DNA of 63,809 nt, the filler included, from Octopus bimaculoides (lineage: Eukaryota): NCBI RefSeq assembly GCF_001194135.2. It is 6 parts of 5 records of this genome, joined end to end, with 100 filler letters (N's around TTAATTAATTAA, not from the genome) between each part and the next. Parts side by side here need not be neighbours in the genome. Positions count along the whole stretch, not along the records: positions 62,187 to 63,809 come from NW_026377685.1; 5 more parts are not named here. One strand, given 5' to 3'. This document shows, piece after piece, positions 63,052-63,809 of this stretch; within the stretch, counting starts at the first letter, position 1, and every line of letters starts with the position of its first letter. A model generated the notes under the pieces. It did not search any database, was not told where the DNA came from, and worked only from the letters and a program-made list of their open reading frames with translations. A program made the translations under genes and the position numbers.

Positions 63052-63116
63052 GTATATATATGTATGTATGTATGTATATGTATGTATAGATAGATAGATA
63101 GATATATGGATATATA

Positions 63117-63164
<48 letters not shown>

Positions 63165-63312
63165 ATGTATGTAGTGTCTGTGTGCGCGTTTGTATTATGT
63201 ATGTGTGCGTATACATGCATATATATATATGTATGTATATACATATATGTGTGTGTATATATGTATATACACGTTATATATGCATATGTATATGTATGCA
63301 TGTGTGTATATA

Positions 63313-63380
<68 letters not shown>

Positions 63381-63775
63381 TGTATATACGCACAACAAAA
63401 TTCATATATACGCATATGCATAATTGTATATAAATGTGTGTGTGTGTGTGTGTGCAATGCGGTACGAAGGAAAGTGTGCAATGAAGCATATGCTGATGAT
63501 ATAATACACCTAATTTTTTTTAAGTGATTAATTCTGTGGAATTGTGAATGTATCAATCTGTATGTGTGTGTGTGTGTGTGTGTGTGTGAGTGTGCGTGTT
63601 GCTTTGTTTATGTCTTTCTTTAGTCTGTCTACATGTATGCCGTTGTGTGTGCGTGGAATTATGTGTTTATGAGTATATATGTGTGTGTTTTTTGTGCAAC
63701 TGAGTACGTCTATGTGTGACTGTGTCTGTGCATATTTGTTTGTTCGTGAGTGCTGGTGTGCGTGTGGTTATTTTT

Positions 63776-63809
<34 letters not shown>

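Overview
This is eukaryotic, AT-rich and extremely microsatellite-dense draft-assembly sequence with many N gaps. The SINE families and simple-repeat landscape point to an octopus genome (inference). I can support no host protein-coding gene. Almost all long entries in the ORF track are artefacts of N runs and di-, tri- or tetranucleotide repeats. The interpretable content is mobile DNA: a decayed, 5'-truncated Ty3/Gypsy element with a short 3' LTR (~7.0-10.3 kb); an RTE LINE with an inverted 5' half (11.1-11.7 kb); two R4/Dong-like restriction-like-endonuclease (RLE) LINE fragments (13.3-14.0 kb and 59.5-59.9 kb); a full-length dead Tc1 transposon with TIRs (20.2-21.4 kb); two mariner-type MITEs; two L1/Tx1-like LINE 3' ends in a (GATA)n tract (47.8-49.3 kb); an R2-like RLE domain with no 28S rDNA flank on an isolated GC-rich contig (60.4-62.1 kb); and about 20 tRNA-derived SINE copies from at least three families. 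The most interesting signals not explained by the ORF track are minimal type I hammerhead-ribozyme motifs with palindromic stem III, of the Penelope-like-element kind. The best is at 56715-56756, where a U3-A8 core sits directly behind a tRNA-like SINE head; a second is at 59933-59977, and two weaker ones occur elsewhere. Also notable are the twin-priming-like RTE inversion, retroelements nested in microsatellites, and long foldback or inverted-repeat structures. All family calls come from by-eye translation and motif recognition; no database search was run.
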